From a virus (taxonomy: Duplodnaviria; Caudoviricetes): a stretch of DNA of 64,000 bases. Within the stretch, counting starts at the first letter, position 1. Each line of letters begins with the position of its first letter. Positions 58,501-64,000 of the stretch are shown here, piece after piece. A program made the position numbers and the translations under genes. The stretch spans positions 11,060 through 75,059 of IMG/VR virus record IMGVR_UViG_3300027974_000031, one strand, 5' to 3'. The notes under the pieces were generated by a model. It did not search any database, was not told the DNA's origin, and worked only from the letters and a program-made list of their open reading frames with translations.

Positions 58501-59667
58501 ATGTCTGAAACTCACTATATTAAAAACGGTAAAATAACATCTATTCTTGATGCAGAAAGTATTAAAGGTTCTTTAGAAGTTGGAAATTATGCAATTTCCT
58601 ACTCTCAATTAAAAGGATTTCATTTGATTGAACGTGAAAAAATGGATTTACCAAAGAAAATTTACGGCAATTCTAATTTTCCAGATCGAGTATTAAATAC
58701 ATATCAGTCTTTTAAAAAAGGTATGGGAGTTTTACTTTCTGGCCCAAAAGGCACTGGTAAAACTGTAGAAGCGAAATCTATTTGTGTTAAAAGTAATATG
58801 CCTATTATTCTTTTAACAGAAGCTTTTAACGATTGTAATTTTTTGGAATTTTTTGAAAGTATTAAAACCCCGTCAATTATTTTTATTGATGAGTTTGAAA
58901 AGATTTATGACAGTGAGGAGTCTCGAAACTTTTTCTTGAGTGTATTAGATGGTGTTGCAAAATCTAGACATTTATTTTTACTAACATCTAATTCATCTGA
59001 TATTGGAGAGTTTTTTAATTCTCGTCCTAGCCGTGTGCGTTATCATAAACACTATGATTTTCTTTCAGAAGAACTTATTTGTGAGATTATTGATGACCGA
59101 TTAAAACTTAAAAACAATGCTGAAATTGTTAAAAACCAATTATCTATTTTACCACAATTATCTGTTGATTCTCTTGTTTGTATAATTGATGAATGTAATC
59201 TTTACAACGAACTACCAAAAGACTTTTCAGAGTTCTTTAATGTTTGTGTAGAACGCCCTGATACATATACTGTTCAATTAACTACTAAAATAGCAATTCC
59301 AAAGAAAAGTCTTAAAGACAAAAATGAAATTGAACGTGCAAATGACTTGTGTTATTCTTTAATGAATGATGAAGAGTTGTCTTTAGAAAACAAACAAGAA
59401 TTTGATAATCTTTGTATTTTTACTGACAGTGTTTATATATCATTATATTGTAAACCATTTGATGATTACTGTAAAGACACTTCACAATATCCAAGTGTAC
59501 ACTGCTTTCTTTACTCAAAAGATAAAAGTGCTGAAAAAGGTAAATTTTTTCAGTGGAATGGTAACGATATTGTATTTTTTGAACAAAATCGAAAAGGATT
59601 TACAATTAAACATCGTAACGGTTCAGTTTTAACAGGCACTCCTATTCGTCAAAATCGAGGATTCTAA
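58501..59667 (+). CDS. AAA+ ATPase
   Basis: GPKGTGKT, IFIDEFEK, LTSN, RPSR. Confidence 0.9.
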   Translation: MSETHYIKNGKITSILDAESIKGSLEVGNYAISYSQLKGFHLIEREKMDLPKKIYGNSNFPDRVLNTYQSFKKGMGVLLSGPKGTGKTVEAKSICVKSNMPIILLTEAFNDCNFLEFFESIKTPSIIFIDEFEKIYDSEESRNFFLSVLDGVAKSRHLFLLTSNSSDIGEFFNSRPSRVRYHKHYDFLSEELICEIIDDRLKLKNNAEIVKNQLSILPQLSVDSLVCIIDECNLYNELPKDFSEFFNVCVERPDTYTVQLTTKIAIPKKSLKDKNEIERANDLCYSLMNDEELSLENKQEFDNLCIFTDSVYISLYCKPFDDYCKDTSQYPSVHCFLYSKDKSAEKGKFFQWNGNDIVFFEQNRKGFTIKHRNGSVLTGTPIRQNRGF

Positions 59668-59668
59668 T

Positions 59669-59920
59669 ATGAATATAAATTTTACAAGAGAAGAAATGGC
59701 AGAATTTCTTCGTAAAAATGGTTATGAAGTAGTTTTCGAGAAAAAACAATGTTCCATTTATTGTTATAGGGATATTTTTGAAGATGTATTAATTGATACA
59801 TGTAGTATTTTTAAAAACAACAAACATTATATGAGTCATTTATTTGATCCTGAACGTCCTTTTCAGTGGCTTGAAATGACTTTTGAAGAAGAATTAAAAA
59901 ACAAATTATTAAATTTATAA
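59669..59920 (+). CDS. hypothetical protein
   Basis: ORF in operon. Confidence 0.6.
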   Translation: MNINFTREEMAEFLRKNGYEVVFEKKQCSIYCYRDIFEDVLIDTCSIFKNNKHYMSHLFDPERPFQWLEMTFEEELKNKLLNL

Positions 59921-59924
59921 ACAT

Positions 59925-60146
59925 ATGACAAAAGAAGAACTTGATTGGTTTAAAGAAAAACTGCGTAAAGTATTGCACAATATTAAATGGGAAAGTATAG
60001 ATAATAACGAAAGTTCAGAAACTAATCTTCGAGATTGCACTATTGATGGTGCTGATATGAATGATAACACAATCACTGTAAAGCTAAATGCTCCTAACAG
60101 TGTATCTGGAGTTATTCTTGGAAGCAAAGCTAAAATCTCTTTTTAA
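59925..60146 (+). CDS. hypothetical protein
   Basis: ORF in operon. Confidence 0.6.
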   Translation: MTKEELDWFKEKLRKVLHNIKWESIDNNESSETNLRDCTIDGADMNDNTITVKLNAPNSVSGVILGSKAKISF

Positions 60147-60156
60147 CCGTTAAACT

Positions 60157-60537
60157 ATGAATCAAATTAGACAAGCAGCTTATAAACTATACGCCATTGA
60201 TGCAAAAGAAGATTTCTTACGCAAAGCTATGAGTGTTGCTTTTGATGTTAGAGTTGATGAATTGAATTGTTGTGAATCTTCGTGCAGACGACCCACCAAC
60301 AAAACTGTTGAAGAAATTTTACAATTATGTCTAGCTGCAAAAAATTCTCATTATGTCTGCATCTTGAGAGATGAGCGAGATTATGCTACAGGCAAGATGT
60401 ATTATGACATTGGAGCATCTACAATGAATACTCAAGATACTGATTACTTTTTATGGATCAATGTTGATATAGAACCAGCAGAGAATCTTATCAAAGATTT
60501 TGAGTTGGTTAAAATTTTTGATACAGCAGACAAATAA
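60157..60537 (+). CDS. hypothetical protein
   Basis: ORF; terminator at about 60593-60622. Confidence 0.65.
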   Translation: MNQIRQAAYKLYAIDAKEDFLRKAMSVAFDVRVDELNCCESSCRRPTNKTVEEILQLCLAAKNSHYVCILRDERDYATGKMYYDIGASTMNTQDTDYFLWINVDIEPAENLIKDFELVKIFDTADK

Positions 60538-60748
60538 AATAACTGGTTCGAAATAATCTTAACAAGTATTTGTAATAAAATATTAAATTAATAAAAAGAC
60601 GAGTAGAAATACTCGTCTTTTTATTTTTTAAAGTTTTAACAATAAAATGTTGATTTTAGTATTAAAAAGCTTTTGACAACCCCTTTTTATATGTTATAAT
60701 ATATTAATTCCATTACGGAAGACTATAACAAATAAACAAAACAAACAT

Positions 60749-61192
60749 ATGGCTAAACCATCAAACCCCGAAAACCGCTATTCCTTCACTTGCAAGGTGA
60801 CAGGAGAAATCGTCAAGACAAACCCTAAGCAGTTCGCCGTGTTGGCAACCCGCTACGGTATTACAAATGAGGAACTTGATTCTTCTTATGTAAGTCGTGC
60901 AGGTCGTCGTCTTATTACTGATGAAGAACTATCTCCTGAACAAGCTGTTATGAAGTATGGCATTCATCTTAATGTTGCCAAGGCTCTCAAATGCACTGTA
61001 AAGGCGAAAAAGAATCATAGTGAAACAGTTAAAGCTGAAACTTCTGTTCAAGAAGATGAAGTGCTAATTGAAGCACTTTCTAATACTTCTATTGAAGTTT
61101 CAAGTTCAAATGAACAATCAAATCAGAGTGATGATCCTTTTGAAGATTCTAATTCTGTTTTAGTTTATACATCAGCAGAACTTTCTGCTTAA
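60749..61192 (+). CDS. hypothetical protein with acidic tail
   Basis: TTGACA-N16-TATAAT promoter; terminator at 61201-61239. Confidence 0.7.
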   Translation: MAKPSNPENRYSFTCKVTGEIVKTNPKQFAVLATRYGITNEELDSSYVSRAGRRLITDEELSPEQAVMKYGIHLNVAKALKCTVKAKKNHSETVKAETSVQEDEVLIEALSNTSIEVSSSNEQSNQSDDPFEDSNSVLVYTSAELSA

Positions 61193-61269
61193 AAAAATAA
61201 AAAAAGCGTCTCTTGACTAAAATCTAGAGACGCTTTTTTGTATTTAAAAGGTAAATAAAATCAAACAGT

Positions 61270-61551
61270 ATGAATAAAGATGAATTAAAATCCCATTTAG
61301 AAAATCTTGCAGATGATTCAGGAATAGAAATCACTAATCGTCAAATTAATAAATTTGTCAATTTGGCAATTGAATTAAAAGATGAATCTGTTGTTTTCTA
61401 TGATGAAATTTTAGAAGAATTTCAAAGTATTTCGCCATCAGATGAAGATGAATGGAAGGAATTTATTGAAGAAGTATCTGACTTTGTTTATGATTTGATT
61501 TCTGATGAAAGTTCAGAAGAAGAAGATGAAGAAGAGAAACAAGAAGAATAA
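61270..61551 (+). CDS. highly acidic small protein
   Basis: very D/E-rich ORF. Confidence 0.7.
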   Translation: MNKDELKSHLENLADDSGIEITNRQINKFVNLAIELKDESVVFYDEILEEFQSISPSDEDEWKEFIEEVSDFVYDLISDESSEEEDEEEKQEE

Positions 61552-61566
61552 TTAGTAAATAAAAGT

Positions 61567-61926
61567 ATGGTTCGTCTTACTCCTTTTCTTACAACAATTT
61601 CTCAATTAAAAATATTTCATTGGCAAACTACAAGTTATGCTGAACATAAAGCATTACAAAAAGCATATGAAAATCTTGATGAATTGTTTGATTCTTTTGT
61701 AGAAGTTTATTACGGAAAATACGGTCGTCCAACAAATGCTCCTGAATATATTATTAAAGCAGAAACATATGCTGGAGATATTAAAGAAACAGTTAAAGGT
61801 TTTCGTGATCAACTCATGAAAGAGTTGACAACTGTATTAAAAGAAGAAGATAAAGATTTATTAAATATTAAAGATGAAATTGAAGGTGAATTTAACCGAT
61901 TATTATATCTTCTTTCCTTAAATTAA
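61567..61926 (+). CDS. Dps/ferritin-like protein (DUF5856-like)
   Basis: FHWQTTSYAEHKAL..YE.LDEL.D.FVE; TAAATA-N5-ATG. Confidence 0.8.
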   Translation: MVRLTPFLTTISQLKIFHWQTTSYAEHKALQKAYENLDELFDSFVEVYYGKYGRPTNAPEYIIKAETYAGDIKETVKGFRDQLMKELTTVLKEEDKDLLNIKDEIEGEFNRLLYLLSLN

Positions 61927-62101
61927 GTTGACAGACATTATTCATAGTATATAATATACTATGAATAATAAAAATTGCTCTTGTAATTGGTGTAAAAAAA
62001 TTACACCTTTAATTTTAAAAATTAAAACACTTTTAAATAAAAGTGAAAATGCTATTAGCAACGAATAGAGTATATTAGTTTAATAGAAATGAATTATATT
62101 T

Positions 62102-62734
62102 ATGTATCTTAATCATAATATTCCTGTCATAACATGTTATATCCGCAATGAATACATGTTTAATCATACAAAAGGTCACGGAGATTTCACGTTATGTGAT
62201 ATACATAGCGTGGCATCTATTGAAAAACGAACACCACTATTTGAAGCTTTTCTTGAAAATGGAGTCAACTGGACACGCAGACCTATTAATGCATTTTGTT
62301 GGAAAACAGATGCTCCAGTAAGACCTTTAAATGAGCATATGCATTGGGATTGTTTTTCTCCATATATTGATGTTCAAGTGAGACAACGGTTATCAGGTCT
62401 TCGTGCAGAATTGATAACATACAAACATGATAAATTACAAGGCGTTTATATGTTTACTCTTGATTGGTCTTGGGAAAATAAATCTGGTGCTACAGATGTA
62501 AATTTTTCTGAAACAGCAGAACATAAATGTGCTCATGTATTTAAAATGGATGAAGGTAATTATTTTGCTTATCCTAACAACAGAGTGCTCTGGTATGATG
62601 ATGCATGGATAAAAAATAGAATTGAAAAAAATCCTGGGTATCTAATTGATACAAATACTTATACAGTTGAAAACAGTCGTAAGATTGAAACTTCAGATCA
62701 TTACATTTATGAAACAAAATATGACAAACAATAA
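62102..62734 (+). CDS. conserved T4-like phage hypothetical protein
   Basis: YLNHNIP, WDCFS, YMFTLDW, EHKCAH, YPNNR. Confidence 0.7.
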   Translation: MYLNHNIPVITCYIRNEYMFNHTKGHGDFTLCDIHSVASIEKRTPLFEAFLENGVNWTRRPINAFCWKTDAPVRPLNEHMHWDCFSPYIDVQVRQRLSGLRAELITYKHDKLQGVYMFTLDWSWENKSGATDVNFSETAEHKCAHVFKMDEGNYFAYPNNRVLWYDDAWIKNRIEKNPGYLIDTNTYTVENSRKIETSDHYIYETKYDKQ

Positions 62735-63413
62735 CATTATCCTTTTAGGACATTATGGCAGCGACGAAATTCACGCATGTTCTGCCTGGACCTCTACAAG
62801 TCGTGACCTTACAGATGACAAACGTGGGCGCATTCCTAACGTACTAAAAATGCTTGCAGATCATGGACATCATACACCTTTTGAAAAATCTTCTCTTCAT
62901 TTTCTTGTGGATTGTGACATTGCAAGTCATATTCATTTACTCAAGCACCGAGTTGGCGTTTCAATCAATGGTGAGAGTGCTAGGTATAAAGAGTTGAAGG
63001 AAGATAAGTATTACATTCCTGAAGATTGGAAAGACATCATTTCTAGTGAAGCTCACAATATTGATATGATTGGATGGTGTGCTGAACCACTACCAGAAAA
63101 AGAACTTTGGTGTAAAATTCTTGCGGATTATACTGAATTAGGTAACAAACTATATCACCAATGTCTCAAAGACCTTGAACCTGTTCTTGGTCGCAAACGC
63201 TCAAAAGAAAGTGCTCGATTCTTCAAAACATACAATTCTCAGATTCAAGCTGATGTAATGTTCAATTGGAGAAGTTTTTATCACTTCTTGGAGCTTCGCA
63301 ACAAGCCAGATGCTCAAAAAGAAATTCGTGACATTGCAGCTACAATGCTTGATCTTGTTAAAAACATTGAGGGTAATCCTTTCAAATACACTATTGAAGC
63401 TTTTGGATATTAA
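62721..63413 (+). CDS. thyX: flavin-dependent thymidylate synthase
   Basis: HHTPFE, KHR...SINGESARY, KESAR, NWRS..HFLELR...AQKEIR. Confidence 0.92.
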   Translation: MTNNNIILLGHYGSDEIHACSAWTSTSRDLTDDKRGRIPNVLKMLADHGHHTPFEKSSLHFLVDCDIASHIHLLKHRVGVSINGESARYKELKEDKYYIPEDWKDIISSEAHNIDMIGWCAEPLPEKELWCKILADYTELGNKLYHQCLKDLEPVLGRKRSKESARFFKTYNSQIQADVMFNWRSFYHFLELRNKPDAQKEIRDIAATMLDLVKNIEGNPFKYTIEAFGY

Positions 63414-63465
63414 CTGTTGACAAGAAGCGAAAACTCTTTAAGTTTAAGAGAACAAATTAAATATT

Positions 63466-64000
63466 ATGGGAGGCAATTTACTTAAAACTTGGAATCTTCC
63501 AGAAAAACGTATTCCTACTGATGAATATGAAATAATGAAACATAAACTTATTAACAAGTTTCATTCAGATATGAAAGTTAACAGACCATGTTTTAATCGT
63601 GTAGCAGTTGCTCCATCTCTCAGAAATAAAGATACTCATGGTGATTTAGATATACTGGTTCAATGTTATTCTGATCCGTCAATTTTGATTTCTTGGAAAG
63701 ATTACAAAGACTTTTCAGAATATTTAGAAAAAGAATTTGGATATAAGCCTTATAAGAATAGTAACGTCTATTCTTTTCCATACCAAAGTTTTCAGGTAGA
63801 TGTCACGTTTTATCCCGAAGATGAATTTGAATCTTCTTATAACTATTGTTCTTGGGGCGACACATCTAATTTAATGGGCAGAGTCTTTCACAAAATGGGA
63901 TTACATTTTGGTCACTCTGGTCTTTCATTCTGGATTCGTCAAGGCTTGGTTGATAACAATCTTCAATGGAGTGACAGTGATCATATCTACGAGAAAGTTG
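63466..64000 (+). CDS. Pol-beta superfamily nucleotidyltransferase (partial)
   Basis: MGGNLLK..., KDTHGDLDIL, FQVD; runs off the window end. Confidence 0.7.
   Translation, partial: MGGNLLKTWNLPEKRIPTDEYEIMKHKLINKFHSDMKVNRPCFNRVAVAPSLRNKDTHGDLDILVQCYSDPSILISWKDYKDFSEYLEKEFGYKPYKNSNVYSFPYQSFQVDVTFYPEDEFESSYNYCSWGDTSNLMGRVFHKMGLHFGHSGLSFWIRQGLVDNNLQWSDSDHIYEKV

Overview
This window is part of an AT-rich, large T4-like (jumbo) tailed phage genome that uses the standard genetic code. Positions 1-25.1 kb hold late genes: baseplate gp6/gp25-like proteins, large virion proteins and a TM-PAS protein. They are mixed with about 15 variable genes that share a TAA(A/G)TA-N5-ATG late promoter and an N-terminal M-x-F-K/D-x-F-...-L-x-E tag resembling the T4 capsid-targeting sequence (CTS). 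Many of the tagged genes encode ADP-ribosyltransferase (ART)-like, Nudix, PcfJ-like or LRR domains. Positions 25.1-28.9 kb are mostly non-coding, with hairpins, a phased A-tract array, a DUF932 gene and a GC-rich gene. Positions 28.9-55 kb hold minus-strand early genes with sigma70-like, largely leaderless promoters. These include 11 paralogues of a 21-aa-repeat protein (two tandem arrays and one orphan), tilS, uvsE, a GH46 endolysin and four tRNAs. Two of the tRNAs carry group I introns, one at an unusual anticodon-stem site. Positions 55-64 kb hold plus-strand genes: GNAT, deaminase, RNA ligase, AAA ATPase, Dps-like protein, thyX and a nucleotidyltransferase. All family calls come from motif recognition by eye; no database search was run.
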